The translations under genes were made by a program, and so were the position numbers. From Bacteroidota bacterium (lineage in GTDB: Bacteria; Bacteroidota; Bacteroidia; UKL13-3): a stretch of 64,000 nt of DNA. The notes beneath the pieces are model-generated. The model worked only from the letters and a program-made list of their open reading frames with translations, searched no databases and was not told the DNA's origin. Positions 19,965 through 30,600 of the stretch are shown here, piece by piece. The first letter of the stretch is position 1; every line of letters starts with the position of its first letter. The stretch spans positions 48,164 to 112,163 of the forward strand of contig JAIXSO010000053.1 of NCBI GenBank assembly GCA_027484685.1. The letters run 5' to 3'.

Positions 19965-21119
19965 CTAGCTAATCGATTCAACAATTTTTTTCCTTAATTC
20001 ATCAATATTTACTTTTTTGGTAGCCGATATAAAAATTACTTGTCCATTTTCTTTTGCCATCCAAGTATTTTTAAGTTTCTCTATGTAAGGCAAATGCTCA
20101 GTTTCCTCGCCAAAAGGATCATCTGGCTCCAAAGGTTCTTTCAGTTGATCTATTTTATTAAAAATAAGTAATTGTTTTTTATTGCTAGCACCAATTTCTA
20201 ATAAAGTACTGTTTACCAAGTTTAATTGGTCTTCAAAATTTTCGTGGCTAATATCTACCACATGTAGCAACAAATCAGCCTCGCGCACTTCATCTAAGGT
20301 TGATTTAAAACTTTCTACCAATTGATGTGGTAATTTACGAATAAACCCAACGGTATCGCTCAATAAAAAAGGTACGTTATCAAAAACTACTTTGCGCACC
20401 GTACTATCCAAAGTTGCAAACAATTTATTTTCAACCAAAACTTCGCTTTTGCTTAATAAATTCATGATGGTTGATTTGCCCACATTGGTATAACCCACCA
20501 AAGCCACACGTTTTTTCTCATCTCGATTTTGCCTGCGTGTAGCCGATTGTTTATCAATATGGCTTAAGCGTTCTTTTAGTTTGCTTATTTCATCGCGCAA
20601 TAAACGTCTATCGGTTTCAATTTCGGTTTCACCCGGACCACGCATACCAATTCCACCTTTTTGCTTGGTTAAGTGGGTCCACATACGCGTTAAACGAGGC
20701 AATAAATATTGGGCTTGCGCCAATTCTACTTGATACTTAGCCTGAGCTGTACTGGCTCTATTAGCAAAAATATCCAATATCAAATTGCTTCTATCTAAAA
20801 TTTTTATTTTTAGCTCATTTTGGATATTACGCAATTGCGATGGACTCAACTCATCGTCAAAAATCACTATATCAATTTCACGGACAGTAATGTATTCTTT
20901 TATTTCTTCTAACTTTCCTTCGCCCACATAAGTGCGCGAGCTAGGATGAGGCAAGCGTTGTAAAAACTGCTTTTCTACAGCAGCACCCGCGGTTTGCGCC
21001 AAAAAAGCCAATTCGTCAATATACTCTTGCGCCTTTTCTATTTTTAAATTTGGAGTAACCACTCCTACCAAAACCGCACGTTCTTGCGGTTTAGCGGTAT
21101 CATATAATTTTTTTGCCAT
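19965..21119 (-). CDS. hflX: GTPase HflX
   Basis: 384 aa. N-terminal HflX domain followed by G-domain motifs GYTNVGKST, DTVGF and NKID. Confidence 0.9.
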   Translation of the reverse strand: MAKKLYDTAKPQERAVLVGVVTPNLKIEKAQEYIDELAFLAQTAGAAVEKQFLQRLPHPSSRTYVGEGKLEEIKEYITVREIDIVIFDDELSPSQLRNIQNELKIKILDRSNLILDIFANRASTAQAKYQVELAQAQYLLPRLTRMWTHLTKQKGGIGMRGPGETEIETDRRLLRDEISKLKERLSHIDKQSATRRQNRDEKKRVALVGYTNVGKSTIMNLLSKSEVLVENKLFATLDSTVRKVVFDNVPFLLSDTVGFIRKLPHQLVESFKSTLDEVREADLLLHVVDISHENFEDQLNLVNSTLLEIGASNKKQLLIFNKIDQLKEPLEPDDPFGEETEHLPYIEKLKNTWMAKENGQVIFISATKKVNIDELRKKIVESIS

Positions 21120-21152
21120 TTAAGTAATCAATCATTTTTAAAACGAGCTAAA

Positions 21153-22664
21153 TTGTTAATTTGCCAACTCATTTTAAACCTTCGCAAAATAATGTATAAA
21201 CATAAGCTGCTAAGCATTTTTGTTATTTTTATTTTTTCAATAAAATTAAAAGCGCAAACTATAGAGTTTGGACAGCCAATAAAAGTAAAAAGTAAAATAA
21301 ATTACACCCAAATTATTGGCAGCAATGAGCAAGGTTCATTTTTAATACGCTGCCGCGATAATAGCTTTAAAAAAGAAGTAGTTATTGAAAAATACAACTC
21401 AAAACTTACTTTAGATTTGAGTAAAGACATGCCTTTGAGCATACCTGCTTATGTAGAAAAAGTAATGCTAGTTGGACAAAATATATACGTTTTTGTATCG
21501 GCTAAAAATAATACCACCAACAAAATTGATTTTTTGGTTCAAAAATTAGATATGAACCTGAACATAGCCGGAGGCATGGTACTTTTAACCTCTATTGATG
21601 AGTTTTTATTAAACGATAATGTTAACCTTTCCATAAAAAGTAGCATCAATAAAAAGTTTTTTAGCCTAAGCTTAGTAGCCAAATCTAGTCAAAACAATAA
21701 GGAAAAATCGGCTTTATACCTTTTTGGTTTTGACCAAGGTTTAACCCAAATATATGGCAAAACCTTTGAAATAAGCGAAAACATTAACAATATAGAAACT
21801 ACCAATTCAGACATAGATAATGAAGGTAATTTTTGCACCTTATTAGATTTTCCTAAAAACACCAAAAGCCGCAGAAAAAATACAAGTCGTAAGTTTGTAA
21901 TGTATGTGTTTTACAACGCAACTCAAACCATGTTGGAGTACGATATAGCAAAGCCCGAAATAGAAATTGATGATATTGGTTTTGTGGTAAATAATATTAA
22001 GAAACAAATTAACTTAATTGGATTTTATGCCGAAAATGAAAGCAACGACAACAAAGGCTACTTTTTTGAAACCATTGATTTACAAACAACTGCTATTAAA
22101 AATAATATTTTAGATACGGCTTCATTAATCAATTTAAAAAGTAAAATTTCTTTTAGCAAAACCATTGATTTAAACGATTTATACATAAGGAAAATAATAC
22201 CCAAAAGCGATGGTGGCTTATTTTTAATAGCCGAAAAATACTTTTTAACCCGTCAATCTTACACCTATTATGTAAATGGATTTCCGCAAACCAATACCCG
22301 TACTGTTTATAACTATAACGATATTATGCTTTTAAGCATAAATGCTGACGGCTTGTTAGAAAATGGTGATGTAATTAATAAAGAACAACAATCCATAAGC
22401 GATGGTGGTTACTATTCATCAATTTGTAGTTATATAAATAACGATGCCATTTATACAATGTACAATGCTGATGTAAGCCAAGAAGGCGATGTGTTGATGA
22501 ACAAATTTGATGTAAAGGGAAAAAGCGAAAACAAAATTTTGGTTAAAGCCATCAATGCAAGCTTATTGATTATTCCAACCGATTGCAAACAAATTTCGGC
22601 CAATTCGCTTTTGGCTTGCACCATTCGCGATAAACGATTTACTTTGATGCGTATTACTTTTTAA
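21153..22664 (+). CDS. secreted hypothetical protein (start probably Met at 21192)
   Basis: ~490 aa with a signal peptide (LLSIFVIFIFSIKLKAQ). It is the first gene of a tightly packed three-gene + strand cluster. Confidence 0.45.
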   Translation: MLICQLILNLRKIMYKHKLLSIFVIFIFSIKLKAQTIEFGQPIKVKSKINYTQIIGSNEQGSFLIRCRDNSFKKEVVIEKYNSKLTLDLSKDMPLSIPAYVEKVMLVGQNIYVFVSAKNNTTNKIDFLVQKLDMNLNIAGGMVLLTSIDEFLLNDNVNLSIKSSINKKFFSLSLVAKSSQNNKEKSALYLFGFDQGLTQIYGKTFEISENINNIETTNSDIDNEGNFCTLLDFPKNTKSRRKNTSRKFVMYVFYNATQTMLEYDIAKPEIEIDDIGFVVNNIKKQINLIGFYAENESNDNKGYFFETIDLQTTAIKNNILDTASLINLKSKISFSKTIDLNDLYIRKIIPKSDGGLFLIAEKYFLTRQSYTYYVNGFPQTNTRTVYNYNDIMLLSINADGLLENGDVINKEQQSISDGGYYSSICSYINNDAIYTMYNADVSQEGDVLMNKFDVKGKSENKILVKAINASLLIIPTDCKQISANSLLACTIRDKRFTLMRITF

Positions 22665-22674
22665 GTTTATTACC

Positions 22675-23658
22675 TTGCTTAATCTATTTAGAAACAACAA
22701 TATTCTCTCGTTTGTATTTGTAATTGTATTTGCAGTTTTAATACGACTACTCCCCTTTTTAGTCAATGTGCCAATTGATTTAAATATCAATGCGCCTTTA
22801 GCTCAGTTTACTTTTAACTGGATTACCTCATTTGACGATTATTACTACTTTAGTGCTGTAAGTGCTAGCTTTTTTGTGCTTTTAGAAGCTTATTTGGTTA
22901 CACATATTGTAACCAAACACAGCATTTTAAATAAAGATAGTTTTTTGCCCGGTTTGTTTTTTGTATTGCTCAATAGCCTTTACCCTCAGCAATTATTTTT
23001 AAGCCCGCAATTAATAGGTAACTTATTTGTTATACTCATGTATCAACGTTTGTGTAATTTGTATGAATCGGAAAAGCCTTTGTATATAGTGCTTGATAGT
23101 GGCTTATACCTTGGCTTAGCAGTACTTTTTAATTACGATACTCTGGTGTATTTACCTTTCATATTAATTAGTGTGGTACTTATGACATACTTCAATATCA
23201 GGTTTCTCTTGGCTTCTATTTTTGGTATTTTATTGCCTGTATATTTATTAGGCGTTATGTTCTTTTTAAACGATAACTTAAACGATTTGATAATTATAGT
23301 TAACAAAAGTTTGGCGCGAACTTACCTAAACCAAATTAATATTAATTGGATAAAACTATTACCCTGGTTATTAATATCCATTATTGTATTGGTTTCAGGC
23401 ATTTCGCTGCAAGCCAATTATTTTAAAAACAAGGTAAAAACCCGCAGGATTTTATTTACCATAGCTTTGTTTATTGCTGTTTCTATTCTTTTGGTACTTA
23501 TCGAAGATCAAAATATAATTTTTGCTATTTGTTATTTATCTGTTCCTGTTTCTATTGTTATGGCCAATTATTTTGTAAGCACTAGGTTAGCCATACTAAA
23601 AGAAACTTTTTTTGTTTTACTAATTGCTTCGGCAATTATTTACCAATATTTTATTTAA
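22675..23658 (+). CDS. polytopic membrane protein (hypothetical)
   Basis: 327 aa with ~8 hydrophobic helices. It is 10 nt downstream of the preceding gene. Confidence 0.45.
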   Translation: MLNLFRNNNILSFVFVIVFAVLIRLLPFLVNVPIDLNINAPLAQFTFNWITSFDDYYYFSAVSASFFVLLEAYLVTHIVTKHSILNKDSFLPGLFFVLLNSLYPQQLFLSPQLIGNLFVILMYQRLCNLYESEKPLYIVLDSGLYLGLAVLFNYDTLVYLPFILISVVLMTYFNIRFLLASIFGILLPVYLLGVMFFLNDNLNDLIIIVNKSLARTYLNQININWIKLLPWLLISIIVLVSGISLQANYFKNKVKTRRILFTIALFIAVSILLVLIEDQNIIFAICYLSVPVSIVMANYFVSTRLAILKETFFVLLIASAIIYQYFI

Positions 23659-23669
23659 AAATTATTTTC

Positions 23670-25016
23670 ATGAAATCAATTTGTACCTTTTTATTCTTTT
23701 TACTTTCATTTCTATTTTCGGTAAATGCATTTGCTCAAAAAAATGAAGCATTAGCTGTTCAAAAAGCACTCGAAATAATTGATTTGTTTAAAACAGAGCA
23801 ATATGAAAAGGCTTATTCGTTAGGCGATGAAATATTACAAAGAAGAATTACCCCTGATAGATTACAAAGCATTTGGGAAAGTTTAGCTACTATCAATGGC
23901 GAGTTAAGAGAAGTTGGAAGCACAGCTTATTTATTTTTAGATACAGCGCACATAACCACTACCAAATTAAAGTATAAAAATGGCTCTGTTGGCTTGCGTT
24001 TAAGTTTTAATCAGAACTGGAAACTGGTAGGTTTATTTATAGTTGATGCTGAGCCCATGTACAATATTCCTGATTATGTAAATACGTTTGGGTTTTATGA
24101 AATAAAAATTCCTTTTGGACCAGCTGGTTTTGAAGGCGAAGCTATTTTGACCGTTCCTATTCAACAGAAAAAATATCCTTGTGTAATTATTATTGGTGGC
24201 AGCGGACCAATAGATAAAGATGCTACCATTGGACCAAATAAAATGTATAAAGATTTTAGTTGGGGCCTTGCTAATAAAGGAATTGCAACAGTTCGATTTG
24301 ATAAAAGAACCAAAGCCTATTTTGGTAAAATAATGGAAGCGCATAAAAATGGTAATTATTATACCATTGAACAAGAATATTTAGAAGATGTAAAAGAATT
24401 GGTTAAAAAAGTAAGTAAAAAAGAAGCCATTGATGCCAATAGAATTTACTTAATGGGCCATAGCCAAGGAGCAGGATTAATGCCATTATTTTTAAAACAA
24501 AACAAATTAGTAGCTGGCGCAATAATGGCAGCTGGTAATTATACCACCATGCCTAATTTAATGCAGTATCAGTTTGACTATTTAATGCCTATGCAAGTTA
24601 AAACCAAAACTGACACTGCCGTTTTTGACAAGTTAAGAGCTCAGGCTAAAAACGCTACCAAAAGTAATTTACCAAGTACTTTTCCTAATGATAGTTTGCC
24701 AGCCATGTATCCGTTTAGCTACTGGAATTTTATGAATAAAATTGATTTTATAAAATTGGCTAAAACCAATAAAAAACCAGTATTAATTATTCAGGGAGAA
24801 CGCGATTATCAAGTGCCAATTAGTGAATATAAATTATGGAAAGATGCTTTAGTGGAGCATAATAATTACATGTTTACCTCTTTTACTAAATTAAACCATT
24901 TGTTTATGGAGGGCGAAGGAAAATCAACACCTGACGAATATTCGAAACGAAGCAATGTACCCGAATATGTAATAGACGAAATTGCTAAATGGATTAAAGC
25001 TCAACCAAGAAAATAA
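23670..25016 (+). CDS. secreted alpha/beta-hydrolase (S9/dienelactone-hydrolase-like)
   Basis: 448 aa. Signal peptide. GHSQGAG nucleophile elbow, and an N-terminal ~130 aa extra domain. Confidence 0.6.
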   Translation: MKSICTFLFFLLSFLFSVNAFAQKNEALAVQKALEIIDLFKTEQYEKAYSLGDEILQRRITPDRLQSIWESLATINGELREVGSTAYLFLDTAHITTTKLKYKNGSVGLRLSFNQNWKLVGLFIVDAEPMYNIPDYVNTFGFYEIKIPFGPAGFEGEAILTVPIQQKKYPCVIIIGGSGPIDKDATIGPNKMYKDFSWGLANKGIATVRFDKRTKAYFGKIMEAHKNGNYYTIEQEYLEDVKELVKKVSKKEAIDANRIYLMGHSQGAGLMPLFLKQNKLVAGAIMAAGNYTTMPNLMQYQFDYLMPMQVKTKTDTAVFDKLRAQAKNATKSNLPSTFPNDSLPAMYPFSYWNFMNKIDFIKLAKTNKKPVLIIQGERDYQVPISEYKLWKDALVEHNNYMFTSFTKLNHLFMEGEGKSTPDEYSKRSNVPEYVIDEIAKWIKAQPRK

Positions 25017-25037
25017 TGTCCTCAATTTGCCATTCAT

Positions 25038-25052
25038 TCACGCCTTGCGTGA
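25038..25052. repeat. 15-bp palindrome (TCACGCCTTGCGTGA), copy 3, opposite orientation
   Basis: Located 22 nt after the stop at 25016. The flanks (aatcacgcaaggcgtgaat) match copy 1. Confidence 0.8.
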
Positions 25053-25087
25053 TTATAATTTAATATTCAACATTCATAATTTTAAAA

Positions 25088-25492
25088 ATGATAACAGTAT
25101 CAATAAAAATAAATGCCTCAGTGGAAAAGGTTTGGAATTATTTTACCCAACCTGAACATATTGTAAATTGGAACTTTGCAAACGATGATTGGCATGCACC
25201 CTATGCCGAAAACGACTTAACTGTAAACGGACTTTTTAAATACACCATGGCCGCCAAAGATGGTAGTTTTAGTTTTGATTTTTGGGGTAATTATACCCAA
25301 ATTGAAACCCACAAAACCATAGCTTATACTATGGGTGATGGAAGAAAAGCCATTCTTCATTTCACAGAAAATGATAATCAAACCGAAGTAGTTGAAATGT
25401 TTGAACCTGAAAGTCAAAATCCTGAAGAGATGCAACAAATGGGTTGGCAAGCCATTTTAAATAACTTTAAAAAATACGTAGAGCAGAAATAA
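25088..25492 (+). CDS. SRPBCC/AHSA1-family protein
   Basis: 134 aa. ISIKINASVEKVWNYFTQPEHIVNW is an Activator-of-Hsp90-ATPase-like N-terminus. Confidence 0.55.
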   Translation: MITVSIKINASVEKVWNYFTQPEHIVNWNFANDDWHAPYAENDLTVNGLFKYTMAAKDGSFSFDFWGNYTQIETHKTIAYTMGDGRKAILHFTENDNQTEVVEMFEPESQNPEEMQQMGWQAILNNFKKYVEQK

Positions 25493-25975
25493 ATGACTCC
25501 TTCCATTCAAGTTATTGAGCCTAAAAAACTAATAGGCATAAGCCAAAGCATGAATTTAATTAATAACAAAACTGCCATGCTTTGGCAAACTTTTATGCCC
25601 AAACGCCATCAAATTACTAATGCAATTGGCAGCCATCTTATCTCCATGCAAATTTATAGTAATGAACATTTTGTGGCATTTAATCTTCATAACGAATTTA
25701 CCAAATGGGCTTGCCTTGAGGTAACTGATTTTGATTTTATTCCAACTGGAATGCAAACTATTATTTTACCTGCCGGTAAATATGCCGTTTTTAACTACAA
25801 AGGATTGGCTAGCAATGCAGCGCCTTTCTTTAGCTATATATTTACAGAGTGGATTCCAAATTCTATTTATGAATTAGATAATAGGCCGCATTTTGAAATT
25901 TTAGGCGAAAAATATAGTAATACAAGCCACGAATCGGAAGAAGAAGTTTGGATTCCGATTAAGAATAAAAACTAA
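25493..25975 (+). CDS. GyrI-like small-molecule-binding domain protein
   Basis: 160 aa. The start overlaps the stop of the upstream gene. Pattern is consistent with a GyrI-like/AraC effector-binding fold. Weak. Confidence 0.4.
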   Translation: MTPSIQVIEPKKLIGISQSMNLINNKTAMLWQTFMPKRHQITNAIGSHLISMQIYSNEHFVAFNLHNEFTKWACLEVTDFDFIPTGMQTIILPAGKYAVFNYKGLASNAAPFFSYIFTEWIPNSIYELDNRPHFEILGEKYSNTSHESEEEVWIPIKNKN

Positions 25976-26076
25976 TACAAACTATAAAAAGTCTATATTA
26001 ATATTGACTGACATCATTATTTGGGTTTAACCTTAATGACATATTTGTTGCTTAGCATAAATAAAAAAATAGCAAC

Positions 26077-26955
26077 ATGACTTCAAATCCAATTATTGAT
26101 AAAATTAATGATAAGTACCAAAACCTAGGTGAAAACCCTGAAACTTATTTGAAAGGTTTATTACACGCAAAACCTATTAATTATTGGGATTACATAGAAG
26201 TTGATACTTTACTTTCGTTACAAAAACCTCGTACAGATTTTAAAGATGAGGAAATTTTTATAATGTACCATCAGGTAACTGAATTGTTTTTAAAACTGAT
26301 GTTGCACGAGGTAAAACAAGTAGCCGCAGAACCTGAATTAACCGAAAGTTTTTTATTGAATAAATTCACGCGTATAATTCGCTACACCCAAATGCTTATT
26401 AACTCTTTCGATATAATGAAAGATGGCATGGATTACGATGATTACAATACTTTTAGAGCTACTTTAGCACCTGCAAGTGGTTTTCAAAGTGCGCAGTTTA
26501 GGTTTATAGAACTGCACTGCACAGGCCTTGAAAACTTGATTAACGAAGCGGGAAAAGAGCGATTAAAAACCATTTCAAACCCAAGTATTACAGATTATTT
26601 TGACCATATTTATTGGAAAGATGCAGGGTTAAATAGAAAAACTGGAAATAAAACATTAACACTTACTTTGTTTGAAGAAAAATATTTAGCACAGTTTATT
26701 GGTTTAGCTACCACCATGAAAGGCAAAACCATAGCTGACAGAATTAGTCAAATGCCAAATTTATCGAACGAGTTATTAGCCAAGCTAAAAGAGTTTGATA
26801 ACTTATACAATGTAGTTTGGCCAATGACACATTTAAATACGGCTAAACATTTTTTAGATAGCAAAAACGAGAATCAGCAAGCAACAGGAGGTTCTGAATG
26901 GAAAAAATATTTACATCCACAATTTCAGCAGCGTAAATTTTTTCCAAACCTTTGA
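26077..26955 (+). CDS. kynA: tryptophan 2,3-dioxygenase
   Basis: 292 aa. YWDYIEVDTLLSLQKP...EIFIMYHQVTELFLKLMLHEV matches the TDO haem-pocket helix (H..ELW.K..LHE). Confidence 0.8.
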   Translation: MTSNPIIDKINDKYQNLGENPETYLKGLLHAKPINYWDYIEVDTLLSLQKPRTDFKDEEIFIMYHQVTELFLKLMLHEVKQVAAEPELTESFLLNKFTRIIRYTQMLINSFDIMKDGMDYDDYNTFRATLAPASGFQSAQFRFIELHCTGLENLINEAGKERLKTISNPSITDYFDHIYWKDAGLNRKTGNKTLTLTLFEEKYLAQFIGLATTMKGKTIADRISQMPNLSNELLAKLKEFDNLYNVVWPMTHLNTAKHFLDSKNENQQATGGSEWKKYLHPQFQQRKFFPNL

Positions 26956-27146
26956 AACGAAAACGAAAAACAAAATTGGGGAGTGGAATAAAAATATGTT
27001 GTCCCAAAATCTTTAAAAGGCACGTCATTTCGAGCGGAGTCGAGAAGTTAACACTCTCGTTTTCAAAACATTTCTACCGATAGCTATCGGTATTCGCTCA
27101 ATGTGACAAAATGTATAAGGCTGGCCTTTTGAAATAGTCTTTTCAT

Positions 27147-27500
27147 CTAAAACGAATCAATTTGCTTTAAAAATGGTGCTGAAAGTTTTGGTGGAGCCGC
27201 ATTGCAGTAGGCTGCGGTTAACACTTCCATCAATAATTCTTCATTAACTAATTTTAGGTTTACCAATGTCCAACCATGTTTCCCCCATTTGTTTGGAACC
27301 GGAAAAATAATTTCTTTATCAATCATACAAAACAAAGGTTGTTCTTCGGCACTAAGCTTGGCGCAACACCTATTTTCTTTGGCATTATGTGTTACAAATA
27401 TTTTGTTCTTGACTTTAAACGATACATTTTCAAAATGTGCGGCTTCCACAGTTTCAGGAAACGATAAGGGATATTGCTTAAAATCTTTGTTGGGTATCAT
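27147..27500 (-). CDS. MmcQ/YjbR-family protein
   Basis: 117 aa. Pattern SFKV.NKIF......C.KL......IFPVPNKWGKHGWTLV resembles YjbR/DUF419. Confidence 0.45.
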   Translation of the reverse strand: MIPNKDFKQYPLSFPETVEAAHFENVSFKVKNKIFVTHNAKENRCCAKLSAEEQPLFCMIDKEIIFPVPNKWGKHGWTLVNLKLVNEELLMEVLTAAYCNAAPPKLSAPFLKQIDSF

Positions 27501-27544
27501 TTTAAAAAACTTTGTAATGGCAAGATAACTTAAAAGTATTATAA

Positions 27545-27580
27545 AATGAAAAAACGAGGCCTCCTTGCGGAAACCTCGTT
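27545..27580 (-). terminator. intrinsic terminator of the RND efflux operon
   Basis: aacgagg-N13-cctcgtt hairpin with a T-run on the minus strand, just after the RND permease stop. Confidence 0.55.
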
Positions 27581-27641
27581 TAGCCTATGAAACAAATTAC
27601 ACCTCTACCCCTAAGTGTAATAATATTAATATAACGTAGTA

Positions 27642-30600
27642 TTAGTGAACTTTGTTTGCCCTTTTAGGAAAAACTTTCTTTTTGATTGATTCTGAGAGCA
27701 ATAACATTACTGGAACCAAAACTAAAGTTAAAACTGTGGCAAATAATAATCCAAAAATCATAGTCCAAGATAAAGGCCCCCAGAAAGCAACACTATCGCC
27801 ACCAAAGAAAATATGAGGATTTCCATGGGTAAATAATGTTACGAAATCGATATTTAAACCAACTGCTAATGGAATTAAACCTAACATGGTAGCCGAAGCT
27901 GTTAAAATTACTGGAGTCATACGGGTTTTACCAGCTTCAATAATTGCTTCTTTTACTTCCATACCATTTTCAATTAATATGTCGGTAAACTCAACCAATA
28001 AAATTCCATTTCGCACCACAATACCTGCTAGTGCTACAATTCCAATACCTGTCATTAAAATAGACATATCCATTTTAAAGATTGAAAATCCTAACAACAC
28101 ACCAATAATACTAAAAATAATTTCACTTAAAATAATAATTGGTTTTGAAATAGAATTGAATTGTGTAACCAAAATTAAGAAAATTAAACCCAACGAAACT
28201 AGCAAGGCATTAACTAAGAAAGCACCTGTTTCAGCTTGTTGCTCTTGTTCACCTGTCATATCAACAGTAACTGTTGGAGGTAAATTAAATTTGGCAACGG
28301 CTTTTTTAACCGCATCAACTACTTCGTTGGCATTATAACCGGTTAATACATTTGAACCTAAAGTAACCAAACGTTTTTGATTTTTACGTTTAATACCACC
28401 ATAAGTTTGGCTGTATTTTAGCTTAGCTACCGATGATAATGGAACAGAACGTAACATGCCACCCATATTCATATCGCGGTAAGTAATTTTTAAATTCATC
28501 AAAGCATCAATATTATTGCGTTGGCTTTCGTTATAGCGCACTTGAATTGGATAATCATCGTTGGCATCTTTAAATTTAGATACCTCAATACCAAAAATAG
28601 CACCACGTAAAGCTTGTCCAATTTGAGCAGAAGTAATGCCTTCGCGGTTAGCGCGTTCTCTATCAATTTCAATTAATATTTCTGGCTTGTTAGTAATCAA
28701 ATCTGATTTTAACTCTTCAATACCTGAAATTTGCAACGAATCTAAGTAACGTTTTAAATCTTTAGAAACGGTGGTTAACTCATTAAAATCATCACCAATA
28801 ATTTCAATATTAACTGGCTTACCAGTTGGAGGCCCATTACTTTCTTGTTCCACTGTTATTTGTGCACCAGGAATATCATTTACTGCCTTTCTAATTTTAT
28901 CTAAATAATCTAATGTTTCTTCACCATTACGTTTACCAAATTCAACAAAAGCCACAGTAACTTTACCTAAATGCGATTGGGCTCCTGCTTCAAACTGACT
29001 TGGATCGCCAGCCCCAATTGCCACATTTGAAATAACCGATTCTACAATTTTATTACTATCACCAATAGTTTTGTAAATTCTTTCTTCTACAATTTTGGTA
29101 ATAGAGTCAGTTTTAACTTGATCAGTACCAACAGGCATTTGAATATAAGTATAAACAAAATTAGGTGATGCTTGAGGGAAGAAAACTATTTTAGGAGTGC
29201 GAACTGATACTAAGAAAAAACTAAAAAACAATAATCCAATTGTTCCTAATAAAATAAAAACAGGACGATTTTTAGCTAAGCACCAAGTAATTAATTTTTT
29301 ATATTTTTCTTGAATACTAGGCCAAGTTTTATTTTGGAATTTTCCAATTGTTTTATACAACACAAAACGATTTAAGCAATACAATAAGTAAATAACAACT
29401 GTAAAATTACCTAAACCAAAATTACCTGATAAATAAGAAACCAAAGCAATTACAGCAAATACTACTGAAGTAATTTTAAATCCTTTGGTGTTTTTACGTT
29501 CCTCTGCTTCTTCCTCGTGGGTTTTCATAAAATCAACCGCAAATACAGGATTGATGATGTATGCTACCAATAATGAAGCTAATAAGGTAATGATTAACGT
29601 TACAGGTAAAAAGAACATGAATTTACCAATCACGCCTTGCCAAAATGCCAATGGAATAAATGGAGCTAAGGTAGTTAAGGTTCCTGAAAGTACTGGTAAA
29701 AATACCTCTCCTGCCGCTAGTTTGGCCGCCTTTTTAATTGGCACTTTTCCATTTTCAAAAATACGATGCGTATTTTCAATTACCACAATGGCATCATCCA
29801 CCACAATACCCAAGGCGAGTAAAAAAGCAAATAATACAATCATATTTAAAGTAAAACCTAAACTAGGTAATACTAAAAACGCAACCGCCATTGATAAAGG
29901 CACTGACATAGCCACAAATAAGGCATTGGTAGCACCCATAAAAAACATTAGAATTACAGTTACTAATATGAATCCAATAATAATTGTATTAATTAAATCA
30001 TGCAAAGTAACACGGGTGGTTTCAGATTGATCGCCAGTAATGGTAATTTTTAAACCTTTAGGAAAATGACTTTCTTTTAACTCTTCAGTTAATTTTCTAA
30101 TTTTATCACTTGCATCAATTAAGTTTTGACCACTCTTTTTTACAATATTTAATGTAATTACATTTTTATGTTCTAATCGAGCAAAACTTTCTTGTTCTTT
30201 AAAACCATCTTTAACTTCTGCAATATCGCGTAAATAAACTATAGCTCCGCTAGCCGAACGAATGGTTAAATCGCCTATTTTTTTAGGATCGGCATACTGA
30301 CCAATCACGTTAATTTCACGTAACAAACCATCCATTTTTACAGAACCACCGCTAATAGTTACGTTTTCATTACCAATAGCTTGCATAACATCGTACATAG
30401 CAACATCAGCCGATTGCATTTTATACATATCAAGGTTAATTTGAACCTCTCTATCTAATGCTCCAACTATATCGGCACGTGTAATTTCTTTTAAACCTTC
30501 AATTCTATCTTGTAAATCTTCGGCATAAACTTTTAACTTATCTAAAGGATAATCGCCCGATAAATGCACAAACATAATAGGCATTTGCGATACATCAATT

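Noticed and set aside
27886-30030. Several 150-180-aa + strand ORFs inside the RND permease gene
   Set aside because: They are antisense to a high-confidence 1123-aa AcrB-family CDS. Their translations are low-complexity.
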